Shown here one piece after another: positions 1 through 12,976 of a DNA stretch of 64,000 nucleotides. Numbering within the stretch: position 1 is the stretch's first letter; each line of letters begins with the position of its first letter. Source of the DNA: Octopus vulgaris (lineage: Eukaryota); contig OX597823.1 of NCBI GenBank assembly GCA_951406725.2, forward strand, positions 59,086,001-59,150,000, read 5' to 3'. Below the pieces are notes generated by a model, which saw only the letters and a list, made by a program, of their open reading frames with translations, was not told the origin of the DNA and ran no database searches. A program made the translations under genes and the position numbers.

Positions 1-1039
1 TTTCATCAAAAATATAGTTTAATTAGTGGTGACGAAATAAATATCATACTTTTCATTGTATATTATCATCTCGAGTGTTACGACCAGTATATCTTATGAT
101 ATATATGTATATATGATATATGATTTATACCTATAAATATAAACATACATATATACGCACACAACACATATAAACACACGCACACATATACAGAGATCAG
201 TAGACACACATCTATTCATACATATATACATACATACCGATATACATATATATATGTATGCATATATGTATATATCTATGTACACCTGTATACGCGCACG
301 TGTGTGTATGTATGTGTGTGGATACGTGTGTGTGTATGTGTGTGTATGTACACAACTGAAAATACTAATTAACATCAAGCCACATAAAGGTGGATAACAT
401 TACACTTGAGAGAGATTAATATACTTCTAGGAAATTTGGTTAATGTTTTTAATTGAAGATTAAGAAGCAGCTAGCTTTCAATGACCTACATTTTATAGTT
501 ATGTTTCCCAGTAGGAGAACATAAGTCAAGACGCTTGATTATGTTCCTGACCATTCTCTAGAATTTCACCTCAAGACAAGAATTACTAATGGATTCCTAT
601 AAATTTTAACAAATTAGTTTCAACAATGCAACTTTCAGAATAACACGGCTGAAGGATATTAAATGGAATTGTTAGGTTTTGCATGATGTGTATGGAAATC
701 TAACAGAAAGAGCAAAGCAAATTACATTTAGATTATTGATTCTGAATGATTCTTTGTTAAATAACAGACTTATTTATATATGCACAAAGTAAAACATTTG
801 AGAAATTATTTCAAGAAACACAGTAGACAACTTTAATAAAGTTGTTTTGTTTTTTTTTTGTTTCTTCACTCAAGTCATACATGATCTAGAAAAATGTTTC
901 TTTACTTGGGTGATAGTACAATGTTGTAGACGTCATATAAGATCACAACAGAGTGTTATGGGAGGCGCTGCGTATATAGACGGTTTGTGATCTTACCTTT
1001 TTTCTCGCGAAATAAAATAAAATACTTGTATTATCTTTG

Positions 1040-1355
1040 ATCCTTTATCTTTACATGTTTCAATCACTAGACCTGTGGTCATGCTGGGGCAACACCATGA
1101 AAAACGTTTAGTCGAGTGAATCGAACGCAGTTCGTCGTCTTCTTCTTCTTCTTCTTCTTCTTCTTCTTCTTCTTCTTCTTCTTCTTCTTCTTCTTCTTCT
1201 TCTTCTTCTTCTTCTTCTTCTTCTTCTTCTTCTTCTTCTTCTGTTAAGCCTGGTACTTATTCTATCGGTTTTTATCGAGCTGCTAAGTTGCAGAGACGTT
1301 AACAAGCCTACACCGGTTGCCAAGCAGGTTAGGGTGGATAAACAGAGACACACTC
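1040..1355 (-). mobile_element. SINE family A, 3' half, with internal (TCT)n expansion
   Basis: Reverse complement of the SINE-A 3' region (tggtacttattctatcgg...ctgctaagtt...acaccggttgccaagc), shared with 8071-8486; (TCT)n at ~1138-1241. Confidence 0.8.
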
Positions 1356-1360
1356 GTATA

Positions 1361-1445
<85 letters not shown>

Positions 1446-1449
<4 letters not shown>

Positions 1450-1729
1450 GAAATGAAGAAAATGCTGACAAAATGATTTAAGTAAGGGAGAGTGTATTTA
1501 ATTAGGTGAAAGTTCTTTTTATCGGTTGCGCATTTGCTATGCTTATCAAAAGATATTTTTTTAAGAGAGATAGAGTTCGAGTTCCTTTCTGATAGATTTT
1601 TTTCTCTTATAAGAGAAATTGAATCTATCTAAGCATAGCAAATGCGCAACCGGTAAAAAGAACTTTCACCTAATTAAATACACTCTCCCTTACTTAAATC
1701 ATTTTGTCTGCATCTTCTTCATTTCCTTT
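1446..1729. repeat. Inverted repeat (100-bp arms, 3 mismatches) inside a (TA)n-flanked element
   Basis: 1446-1545 is the reverse complement of 1630-1729; the 84-nt spacer holds a nested palindrome at 1591-1629. Confidence 0.95.
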
Positions 1730-1937
1730 TTTTATATATCACAACTCGTGCTCCACATCTACTTTTTTAAATATATATATATATACCTAGATCGAATATT
1801 AAAAGTTGAGGATTAACAATCAAACAAATATTAAAAATAGTAATGACAAAACAACAAAATGATTTACACATGGAATATATTAATTCAACGTTCGGTAAAG
1901 TTGAAAGAGTGACTACACACACATACACACACACATA

Positions 1938-2091
1938 CAGGGTGTCCAGAAATGTTTGCCCTATTTTCATTTTATAGTACATTGTTTCATTCGTAGTAAT
2001 TATTCAAAAATTTTTCTATACAACAAAATTAACTGAGAAACCTACAATACTTTTCAAAATAAGAAACGGGCGAAACTTTTTGGACACCCTG
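1938..2091. mobile_element. Tc1/mariner-type MITE (~154 bp)
   Basis: TIRs CAGGGTGTCCAGAAATGTTTGCCC / GGGCGAAACTTTTTGGACACCCTG, with TA on both flanks. Confidence 0.85.
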
Positions 2092-2099
2092 TATATATA

Positions 2100-2271
2100 C
2101 GGCGGGCTTTTTTTGATTACGTCTACCAAATCCACCCACAAGGTTTTGGTCGGTTCGAAGCCATAATGGAGGACATTTGCTCAAGGTGCCACACAGTGGG
2201 ACTGTGAACCCGGAACCATTGAGCCATGTCAGTGGGAAGCAAGCTTTCAACCGCTTAGCCATATCTGCACC
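2100..2271 (-). mobile_element. SINE family A, 5' half
   Basis: Reverse complement of the tRNA-like head and core (gtctaccaaatcca...caaggtgccacacagtgggact...aacccggaacca). Confidence 0.85.
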
Positions 2272-2414
2272 TATATTGTAAACACAGTGAAGTCATATCT
2301 TCGTTTATACTCCACTGGTGCTGCAAGAAGTGTAAAAGATGGTTTTAACTGGCACGTCACACGTATTCAGATGAGTATTGTCGCTGTGAAAACGATGCCC
2401 ACCCATTCCTCTAT

Positions 2415-2832
2415 TCTTTTATTTGTGTGCGGCCATGCTGGAGCACTGCTTCTTTTTAGTCGAAGAAATTTACTCCTTGTACTCTCGGTCTCTTTTGCCG
2501 AGCCGCTAAATAACGTGGTCGTAAACACACCAGCATCGGTTGTCAAGCGATGGTGGTTGGGTGACAAACACAGACACGCAAACATACACATACACACACA
2601 CACACGCACACAAACAAACACACACACACACAAACAGGCGCACACAGAGACACATATATATATATATCCACAACGGGCTTCTTTCAGTTTCCGTTTCACC
2701 AAATCCACTCATAAGGCTTTGGACGACTCGAGGCTATAGTAGAAGACATTACTGCAGGTGCCACGCAGTGGGACTGAACTCGGAACCATGTGGTTGGGAA
2801 GCAAGTTTCTTACAACACAGCCACTCCTGCAC
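2415..2832 (-). mobile_element. SINE family A, near full length
   Basis: Reverse complement of 8071-8486, including the central (CA)/(TA) microsatellite. Confidence 0.9.
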
Positions 2833-3014
2833 CCATGTAATGTTTTTCACATAACTTCATTTCACTTTGAAAATGAACAATGTGGTGTGTTTAATTTAAT
2901 GGCCTATCAATGTATACAGTTAGCTTCTTTGCCATTGATGTCGAGAAGACATACGACAAAAAATAGAAACAAACACTGAAAGAAAAAAATCTCATACAAA
3001 TAATAATTTCAAGT

Positions 3015-3439
3015 TCTGGCACAAGGCCAGCAAGATTGGGGTAGGGGTAGGTCCATTACATTGCCCCCCCCACCACCACCACCACCACCAGCGTTCAAAT
3101 GGTAATTAAAGTCGACCTCGGTGGAATTTGAAAACACAACGTAAAACACGAAATGCCGCTACGCATTTTGACCGGCGAGCTAACGATTCTGACAGCTCTC
3201 CGCCTTAACTCATGATACCAATAATAATAATAATAATAATAATAATGGTAAAAACAACAACAATAATAATCCTTTCTACTAGAGGCACAATACCTAAAAT
3301 TACATCGACCGCAGGGTTTCACTGGTACTTAATGTATCGACCCCTCAAAAGGATGAAAGTCGACCTCGGCAGAATTTGAACATGGACCTTAGCGACGGAC
3401 GAAATGCCGCTAAGCTACCGATTCTGCCAGCTCACCGCC

Positions 3440-3440
<1 letters not shown>
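3015..3440 (-). mobile_element. Two tandem SINE family B copies separated by (TAA)n
   Basis: Motif aaagtcgacctcgg(c/t)(g/a)gaatttgaa...gaaatgccgct... occurs twice; both copies end at the reverse-complemented head (cgcctt) followed by (TAA)n. Confidence 0.85.
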
Positions 3441-3508
<68 letters not shown>

Positions 3509-4009
3509 GTAATAACAACAACAACAACAACAGTATGAAAACAACATTAATATTACACGGAGCCAATTTGTTCTTCACAGATATAAGATTTGAGATTTGT
3601 CCCTTGATGTTTCAGTACAAACACGGGAACATTTTGGGATTGAATCCAAAAGGCCGAGTATAGTTTGTCAGTAGACTGTTTGTAGATAACATTTCGTATG
3701 TATACACATGCATGATTATCATAACAGTTGGGTGTAGATATTTAGAAAAAAATAACAATTAGGCCTCTGAGTTTTACCACATACATCTATCCTCAAATCC
3801 CTGTTTCTCTGTCTCTCAGTCTATTTGTATATGTATGTATGTATCTGTCTCACTAGCCTCGTATTTATTTGTATATACATACTCATACACTCAAACACTT
3901 ATGTATATAACTTTTTACACACTTATATCAAAATTTTCTATACACCACAATTACACGCACATATATACTCCTTTTGCTTATAGTAGAAAAAGAAGGAAAA
4001 ATACAACCA

Positions 4010-4600
4010 TAGCAGCAGCTGATATTTTGGTAGCGTTATTATGGAACTATTTATTTATCATGTTGAAGAGTTTATGATAAGTATGTTTAGTAGTGAAGTT
4101 CTATTTTTCTTCTATCAAAGGTAGAAAATTTAGTTACCTTAGAGTCTAATTTTCAGAAGGTAGGCCGAACCAAATGAATGCTTTTTGTTCTAGTTTTTCT
4201 ATGTTTATTGTGCTCGCATTTTCTTAATGTATTGCAAAGTTTCTTTAAATTTATGTTTATAATATTCAACAGCATGTTTGAATGATATTTTGTTGGATGA
4301 TGTATGGGAAATTTTTCTTCTAATGTTACAGACTTGTGTTATTTTATGACTGTAAATGGTTTGTTAAAATGTATATTAACTTGTAGTGCATTTTCAATCG
4401 GCTTTTACAGAGTGGCACTAATCAACGATTAAGCCCAAGATGGAAATGTTTACGTTAGTTCTGAATCGAATTTGAGTTCGTATTCTTTAAATCGTCCTAT
4501 TAGAATTGCTTTCGCTTTTTAGATTTTAGGGAGTTGAAATTGCTTTGTAACATTCCTAGAATATCCTTCTTCACTGCCTAATTAATTTTGGTCTCATCGT
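4010..4600 (-). mobile_element. Highly decayed Penelope-like element RT/linker fragment
   Basis: Minus-strand translation with stops gives 'FIWFGLPSEN...FLPLIEEK.NF...HTYHKLFN', resembling the PLE motif IIWFNPPYS..FL.LI.KHF...H.LHKIFN. Confidence 0.55.
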
Positions 4601-4756
4601 AGTTACAAGTGCTATATGTAGTTTATCGATTCAGTTTTCATTTAAACAGTTATTAGGGGGGGGGAGAAATAACTTTTTTATGTTATTATAATACTTTATC
4701 GTTAATATAATGATAAAGCATTATAATACTTTATCATTAATATCGATTTCAAATTC

Positions 4757-4963
4757 AGGTACCAGGCCAATATTTGGCGGGAGCAAGTAAATTGTTTATA
4801 TCAACTCAAGTACATATTTTACTGGTACATATTTTACAGACCCCAAAAAGATGAAAGGCATAGTCGACTTCGTCGGTATTTGAACCCAAAACGTAAAAAC
4901 GTTCGAAAAGTCGCATAGCATTTTACCCGGTTTCGTCGCAATCCTGTCAGCTCGTCGCCTCCT
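4757..4963 (-). mobile_element. SINE family B
   Basis: gatgaaaggcatagtcgacttcgtcggtatttgaacccaaaacgta...cagctcgtcgcc. Confidence 0.8.
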
Positions 4964-5229
4964 TAACACTAATATCAACGTCTCGAATGGGTGTGAATAA
5001 TTTTGTCAAAATTTAAAAGGTTCTGAGAGAGTAGGGTTCAAATAATAGATGGATAATATTCTGCAATGTCAATTTCGTTGAATGTCGAACGTATTTCATA
5101 TCATTTTATTTTTTTGCCACTAAACATTTTTTTATTATTATTAATGTCTTTTTTTTTTTAGGTAAATGTAGCAATCATAATCCAGGGAAGCTAAGGTTTG
5201 TGACTTGACTCATTTTCAAATTGATTACA

Positions 5230-5640
5230 TCAAGGATACGTTGACTTACAGTATCTAGACCGGCTTTCGAGAACGTTTTTAATCTACATCTCGAGACCAC
5301 TAAAAAAAAAAAAGAAAAAAATTCAGCAATGACTCATTAGGATTCTGTCACGACTTAGTACGACTTTCATCTCGGGTTGCTAGTATTTCTGCTTCCACGA
5401 TTGCCAAATGTAAATTCTTCACCTCTCCTCAAACGCGCTCAATGAACACATCTTCATATCCTCTTCATGCTTTGCGTGCCTCACGATACCTTGAAGTCAT
5501 ATCTGTTGTGACGTTGTTACTTTATAATAACCTAGGTAAGAAACATTTTCTTACGTACCAGTTTATCAAAATTTTCAAAGGAGTACCAAATGATTTGGCT
5601 ATGTGTCACGTGATAGGTGTGCTCCCATCTCAAGTTTATA
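5230..5640 (+). mobile_element. Possible decayed CR1/L2-group LINE 3' end
   Basis: Translation 'TRSMNTSSYPLH..RASRYL...VVTLLLYNNL....F..Y....IFK' loosely follows the CR1 C-terminal pattern SF..RT..LWN.LP...F..FK. Confidence 0.35.
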
Positions 5641-5646
5641 CACATG

Positions 5647-5732
<86 letters not shown>

Positions 5733-7058
5733 CTCATCATATATTCATATTCTTTATATGTTTGTATGGGTGTATATGCATAAATATATGCACGTTTGTG
5801 TGTGAGTATGTATACTTGCATGAATATATATGTATTTGTGCATACCCACACACACATATGTATACATGTACAAACACACAAATATATATGCCTGAGTGTT
5901 ACGTATACCATCCAGACGTACACACTCACAAATAACCTTGATGCCTGGTCGTATTCCAATCCTCATTGTTAGAACTCTTAAACAAATGAATGTAGATATG
6001 AACGCATTGAATGAATGCAAATGTGATAAGAGATTTCAATTACTGCAATAGAGAATATGCGAGTTCAAATCTTGTAACAGTACGTATTATATCTTTATAT
6101 ATTATATTAACTCTCTTTCTCTCTCCTCAAGGATATATGCCGTTGCAAGGCTTTTTATTTCATTTCCATTAGGGAGCATACCTAATTTGGATATATGCCA
6201 GTTCTTAATTTGTCAGAAGTGATGCTTGTAATAGTAAGGTAGGTGAGCACATACAGGTTAAAATTGGTCAAAATAGGCAAGAGATACAGTTAGTGAATGG
6301 TGCGTGTATGTATGTTTATCGCGTATGTACGCGAGTGTATTTATTTATGTATGTATGCGTTTGCGAACATGAGTGTCCGTAAGAAGCCATGTAATATATA
6401 GAAATATGTTATCTGCAAGTAATTCAACTTTGACAAAGAAGTCAGCTGCAAGATGTTTATATTACAGGCAAGGAGTAATAGCTTCCGGCTTCTTAGCAGA
6501 CACACTATGTTCAAGCAAAACTGATAGTAGGAAATCTGTTTACTGGTTCTGTCAGCGAATAGACATTCTAATGACAGTTATGACATGGCATTCAGGTGAC
6601 ATACAGCACGATAAACCTAGAGTATGGCTGAAAAACACATCATTCATCTGATTGGAATGACAGAAAAGTGGGGAGACAGAGAGTGACCGGAGAGGTGAAG
6701 AATGAAGGAGCAATTCCAAAGTAATGACTTGTTTTATTAGAATAAATAACTCGTATGACAAACTTGACATATTCCTATGTTTTGATGTCTATTCCTTAAA
6801 CCATACCTGCTGATTGTAACAGAGGTACAAGATAAGATAGCTGTTTTGCAATGGAAAAACTTCGAAAGAATAATTCACAATTGCTCTCACTCACCCACAG
6901 TCTCTCACTGTCTCTCTCCCCCCTCTCTCTCTCTCTCTTACTCTTACTCACACGGATCTCCGTGTTTGTTTTCTTTCATCTGCGCCTGTGTGTGTGCAGG
7001 TGTGTACATAAACATCTCTAATCTATATGTATACATATAAACATATATATCTGTAAAC

Positions 7059-7089
<31 letters not shown>

Positions 7090-7263
7090 TACATACATAT
7101 ATATATATACATACATATATATATACATACATATACACACACATATATATATATATACACACACATAACATGCATACACACACGTTTTTATGAACGTATA
7201 CATACATATACGTTCATAAAAATCAATATGTGTCTACCTACAAACGAATCTCTCTGTCTTTCA

Positions 7264-7316
<53 letters not shown>

Positions 7317-7746
7317 AATACATATGCAGGTGTACGTATGTGTCATGTACACACACACACACACGCTCACTGACACACACACACACACTCTTACACTCAT
7401 ACAGAACTAATGATCTTACATCTACTTCCCTGTCAGCGCCTGATTCTCTCCTTAATCTTTTTACTCCTTTAGTTATATATTTCCTTATTTTGATTTTTCA
7501 TTGCATTTATACCGTTTCCTGGTGAAATGCTTATTATTTCTGTATGGCAGTAATTGATGTATTTGTCTTCATTAATAAATACATATACACATACATACAC
7601 ACAAATACCCGCACGCAGACATTTTATATATGGAGTTTAGGGGTGAATGTATTGTATACACAAACGTATATATGCAGAGACAGATATTCACTTAGTATCT
7701 ATCTATCTATCTGTCTGTCTGTCTATCTATCCATCTCTCTATATAT

Positions 7747-7799
<53 letters not shown>

Positions 7800-8070
7800 T
7801 ACACATATATACATATACATATATATAGAGAGATATACATATATATATATATGTCTGTTTTGGTACGGAAAGCTGGTGGTTAGTTTTACAAATTACGTTA
7901 CCTGTGGAACGATCGCACTGATGAGTCTATGTATATATATATATATGTGTGTATATATATAATGTGTGTAAATATGTGTGTATGTATGTATGTATGTATT
8001 ATGCCTCAGCCATATTTGAATTGATAATAAGTTTGTATTTATCATACAAATAATAAGTTTGTATTTATCA

Positions 8071-8486
8071 GGCGCAGGAGTGGCTGTGTGGTAAGTAGCT
8101 TGCTTACCTACCACATGGTTCCGGGTTCAGTCCCACTGCGTGGCATCTTGGGCAAATGTCTTCTGCTATAGCTCCGGGCCGACCAATGCCTTGTGAGTGG
8201 ATTTGGTAGACGGGAACTGAAAGAAGCCTGTCGTATATATGTGTATATATATATATGTGTGTGTGCGTTTGTGTGTCTGTGTTTGTCCCTCTAGCATTGC
8301 TTGACAACCGATGCTGGTGTGTTTACGTCTCCGTCACTTAGCGGTTCGGCAAATAGAGACCGATAGAATAAGTACTGGGCTCACAAAGATTAAGTCCTGG
8401 GATCTATTTGCTCGACTAAAGGCGGTGCTCCGACATGGCCGCAGTCAAGTGACTGAAACAAGTAAAAGAGTAAAAGAGTAAAAGAG
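8071..8486 (+). mobile_element. SINE family A, full length (tRNA-derived head, internal microsatellite, (GAGTAAAA)n tail)
   Basis: Head GGCGCAGGAGTGGCTGTGTGGTAAG (A-box-like) and GGTTCAGTCCC (B-box-like); tail gactgaaacaagtaaaagagtaaaagag; about ten related pieces in the window. Confidence 0.92.
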
Positions 8487-9056
8487 ACATCACAGTTGAG
8501 CGCTGCCACCCCATGTTTTATTTACTGTGAGCTACTGAAAAGAGGATGAAAATACTTTGCAGCATAACATGGTCCATCATAGACTCTGGTTCTCTATACC
8601 AGGGTCAGCGTGCTCCATGTTGGTTCTGTCTCAAGGAATCCCTACGCACCTTCTTACATAATCTTACACAGTTACTTAATAATCAGCACGAAGCCTCTCC
8701 ACGTGAATTCACAAATTCTTAGTTCCTTGAAGTTCTTCCACATGTCTAAGTGAGAAAAAGCTAGCACTTCGGATTATCACTAACATCTAGCTTTGGCAGA
8801 TTACCTATTTGGTCTTTCACATACTAACTCTACACGGTCACGAAATAAACAGTACATGTATACACAAAGTCTTTAGGTCCTTCAATTTCTTCCACATGAC
8901 TCATTGGTAATATATCTTTATTAACGCTACTGATACTCAATTCTTAATTTTTAAATTTTACCTTTACGCACGACATACTAAAGGCGATTCTACACGACAA
9001 CACTGACGGCGACAACGTTGACGACGACAACGACACATTTTGCATATGAGAGTGTA

Positions 9057-9345
9057 CTAGGTCTGATCAGTAAGTATCCAGATTGTAGTCATAGTAATGA
9101 AGCTAAAGCACGCAGAGTGAAGCCGATAGCCAAAGATTGATCTTGAACTCTGCTGTGCATACGCACTTAATTTTAACCTTCGAACTCGCTTCCGCTGTTT
9201 ACATCAGTGCTTGGAAGGAAGGTGTGTAGCATGAGGTCGTCGTATTGACCATGACAGAGAAAGTTGTCATAGTCATGCAGAAAATGTATGAAGTGGGGCG
9301 TTTCAGTTGCACGCAAGTATACGAGTGGTTCAGACGATTCCAAGA
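9057..9345 (+). mobile_element. Mariner 5' fragment (TIR-like start plus HTH N-terminus)
   Basis: ORF 9245 encodes 'MQKMYEVGRFSCTQVYEWFRRFQD', matching mariner HTH1 (..AYG...LSR.QVYEWF.RFK); begins ta-ctaggtctgatcagtaagtatcc. Confidence 0.65.
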
Positions 9346-9936
9346 TAACTTGAAATTAAAGTGGATTCTCCCATTATGTTGCTTAAAAGTCTTGACCCAC
9401 CTCACCTGTGCAATGGAACTCGTTTAATTGTTACTTCCATGAAGCGCCATATCCTACAGACTACAGTCATAACAGGTAATCACAAAGAAGAAAACACCTT
9501 TATTCTAAAATTTCCTCTCATACCTACAGATGTTCTATTTGAATTTAAGCGGCTTCTGTTTCCAGTCAAACTAACTTTTGGTATTTCAATTAACAAATCT
9601 CAGAGTCAATATTTCCAGGTAGTTGGACTTCATGTCTCTGCTACATGCTTCTTTCATGACCAATTCTATGTTGGTTACTCACGAGTTGGAAACAGCAACA
9701 ATTTATTCATTTGAACATCAACAAAAAATTTCACAATGAATATTTTACGCTGAGATATTTCAAGATTGACAGATTTTCAGTTCTAAATTCTATTATCATT
9801 ACAATTTGGATATTTTAAAAAATAAAATATAGATATTCTGAAATAATTATGCGAAAAAAATATATTTTCTTATTTATTTTTTACTAATCTGAATAAGAAC
9901 AGCAGTAACCCGAGCAATGCCGGGTAGTTCAGCTAG
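9346..9936 (+). mobile_element. Helitron 3' end: Pif1-family helicase C-terminus, subterminal hairpin and CTAG terminus
   Basis: ORF 9361-9714 contains 'PIMLLKSLDPPHLCNGTRLIV', 'FEFKRLLFPVKLTFGISINKSQSQ' and 'HDQFYVGYSRVG'; hairpin ACCCG-AGCAATGC-CGGGT at 9908-9925, then CTAG at 9933-9936. Confidence 0.92.
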
Positions 9937-9965
9937 CATAAATATATATATTTATTTATACACAC

Positions 9966-10190
9966 GGCGACGAGCTGGCAGAAACGTTACCGCGTCGGGC
10001 GAAATGCTTAGCGGTATTTCGTCTGTCATTACGTTCTGAGTTCAAAATCCGGCGAGGTCGACTTTGCCTTTCCTCCTCCCGAGGTCGATAAATAAAGTAT
10101 CAGTTTCGTACTGGGTCGATGTAATCGACTTCATCTCTTTGTCTGTCCTTGTTTGTCCCTTCTGTGTTTAGCCCTTGTGGGTAGTAAAGA
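9966..10190 (+). mobile_element. SINE family B, full length
   Basis: GGCGACGAGCTGGCAGAAACGTTA head, GAGTTCAAA B-box-like motif, and core gaggtcgactttgcctttc...gtcgataaataaagta. Confidence 0.9.
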
Positions 10191-10459
10191 AATATATATA
10201 TATTTATTTATATACACACATATTATAACAAAAAGGCCCTGATTTCTAGTCCTACGAATTGCTCGTTTTCAATCAACTGCTGATAACCCGAACCTGGTTT
10301 TCTTGTGATTATTCACAATCTCAAATATATTTTTTAAATATCATGAGAAAATTTGAAGGAAATGTTCAGCGTTATGTTATGTTGTGTACAATATTTTAAA
10401 AGATATTCAGGCAGTGAATATTAAAAAAACAAAAAAAAAAAACATGCGGTGCTGCAATA

Positions 10460-10521
<62 letters not shown>

Positions 10522-10656
10522 CAAATAGTGGTTATGTTGGCCTCATGAAGGGATGGTATCATCCAAGGATATTCTGGTTCAATATCTAATATATTTTGGG
10601 GGGAATTTAATATCCATAAAATAATATGTTTATATATATAATCCATGGTTTATATA

Positions 10657-10810
10657 TGGTTCAGTGGTTAGAGCGTCGAGCTTACGATCGTGAGGTTGTG
10701 AGTTCGATTCCTAGACCGAGCTGCGTGTTGTGTTCTTGAGCAAGACACTTTATTTCACGTCGCTCCAGTTAACTCAGCTGTAGAAATGAGTTACGACATC
10801 ACTGGCGCCA
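10657..10810 (+). mobile_element. tRNA-derived SINE family C head
   Basis: A box TGGTTCAGTGGTTAG and B box GAGTTCGATTCC, followed by tgttgtgttcttgagcaagacactt, shared with 54276-54530. Confidence 0.75.
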
Positions 10811-11918
10811 AGAGAAAAAGTTGGAGAAAGATCGAGAGAAAAAGCAAGGATGAGAGAAAGCGTATGCATGAAATTATATTTACTGACCCCAGAAAAGTGA
10901 AAGACAAAGCTGTCATAGACGTGACTTGAACTCGGAATGGAAAATGTCTGAACGAATACAACAAGCTATTCAATGTGACGTTCCTACAATTCTACCAATT
11001 GGCCAGATAAATAAGCAGTGATCTAGAATTTCTCACAGCCACATTTCAATTATGTTTAAACTAAATTCAGTGGAAATGAAATGACTGAGACAGTCAGATA
11101 GGCAGACAGACAGTTATTTATACACTCATAACGAGAATTTTGATGAAAAGTCTGCAAGTAAATTGAAACAATTTCCTCAGATTTTTGAAAATCTATGAAA
11201 CTGCAAGACAAAAAAAATAAGCATAAATAAATAAACATTAAAATGATTTATTATATACTAAACTGCTGAACTATCGCAATTAAGAAATGTGACACCCGAT
11301 TACCAAAAAAAAAAAAAAAAAATTGAACAGACAAAAGAATAACTGGCTTTTCCCTGTGATACTGAATCCACTTCATTCAACCAATCAGCTTCTGAACTTT
11401 ATTCACAGCTACTCTATCCTCACTAACACTGCCTATAACTACAACAAAATAAATAAATAAAAGAACATGTATATTTCTATCTCTCCAACATTCTTATATT
11501 CTGATTTTGTTGTAGTTGTTATTTTTGTCGTGTAGACGTTGTCGTTGAACATAAATGTTGTTTTGTTTCAAGTGTTAGTTATTATTCTCAATTTTGTCAC
11601 CAACATTTTCGTTGTTTTTTTGCTGTCTCTTTTGTTAACGTAGGTTTGAAATCTTGGCACAAGGCGAGCAATTTTGAGGGAGTCGAATTATGACAATGAT
11701 GATGATGATGATAATAATGATAATATTATTATTTTTTTGTTACCAGGATGAAAGATTACGGGGGCAATACAAAGACAGACATCAAGTGTGGGGGTTTACA
11801 TGTAATGAAATTAGAGAAAAAATACATGCATACGTATATGTGTGTGTGCGCGCGCGCTTTAGTGTGTGTATATAGAAATTATGCACAATATACCATACGT
11901 CAGAAGGAAGCATATATG

Positions 11919-11949
<31 letters not shown>

Positions 11950-12018
11950 TAATAATAATAATAATAATAGGGAAGACACTCGGCAAGAAATGGAAGCAAA
12001 TAAAAGAATAAAAAAAAA

Positions 12019-12071
<53 letters not shown>

Positions 12072-12119
12072 GAAGAAGAAGAAGATGAAGAACAAGGACA
12101 AGAACAAGAACAAGAAGAA

Positions 12120-12976
12120 TGTACATAGGCCCTACATGAAGAAGGGTAAAAGTGGACGTAGTCTGATTAGAATACGAGAGTGCATCAACAGTGAAAGAAG
12201 AAACGTGGCAGAATATTTGGTAAACAGCAGACAAGACCCACAACGATATGCTGCTAATGCAGAATAATTTGGACTTGGGAGTGCACATGAATTCCGATCA
12301 AGAACAGCCATCGAGAGAGAAAAAAAACCGCACTCCGCATGGAATTACATGGTCCGTTCCACCGTGAGACCAACAAATCAAAAGACCAGGATATATCATG
12401 AAGGGTGACCTAAAAAAGAATACTGAAAGCCTAATCATCGCTGCCGAGGACCTGGCATTGAATACCAACTTAATGAAGAAGAATATATACCACACAAGTG
12501 CAAAGGACCTCTGCTGGATGAGTGGGAAGAGGGTCGAAAGCGTGACGCACATTGTTAGTGCATGTGAAAGTCTTGCGCAGAAAGAATACAAGCGTAAACA
12601 CAACAAGGTAGCCCCAAACCTCCACTGGCTACTATGCCGCAAGTATGGATATGAGGTTACAGTTTCTCGGTACCAACTTACATCGGAAAAGATAATAGAC
12701 GAAAAGGGGAAGGCAAAAATCTTATGGGACTTTGACTTCCAGCCAGATTGACAGACAAGGTATTAAAGCAAGGAAGGCTGAATATAGTAACCTTTAGGAG
12801 GGACAAACAAGAGTGTCTAATAACTGACGTGGCAGTGCCAGGAGATCAACATATCATCATGAAAAGTGAAAATGTTGATAAATATGGAGACCTGAGAATT
12901 GAGATCGCTAAGATGTGGCAGCCCCGACAGTCAAACAAAGATTATCCCTATTGTCGTCGGAGCATTGGGTTCAATA
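12120..12976 (+). mobile_element. R4/Dong-like non-LTR retrotransposon C-terminal fragment (zinc knuckle plus restriction-like endonuclease), pseudogenised
   Basis: 'KGDLKKNTESLIIAAEDLALNTN..CWMSGKRVESVTHIVSACESLAQKEYKRKHNKVA..LHW..ILWDF', then 'CLITDVAVPGD..KYGDL'; preceded by (TAA)n. Confidence 0.88.

Noticed and set aside
9361-9714. Host PIF1 gene exon
   Set aside because: Catalytic motifs are degenerate (KSQSQ, HDQFYVGYSR) and it is followed by a Helitron hairpin and CTAG terminus.
10657-10730. Possible tRNA gene
   Set aside because: A and B boxes are present, but the sequence continues into a SINE core shared with 54276, and no complete cloverleaf is evident.
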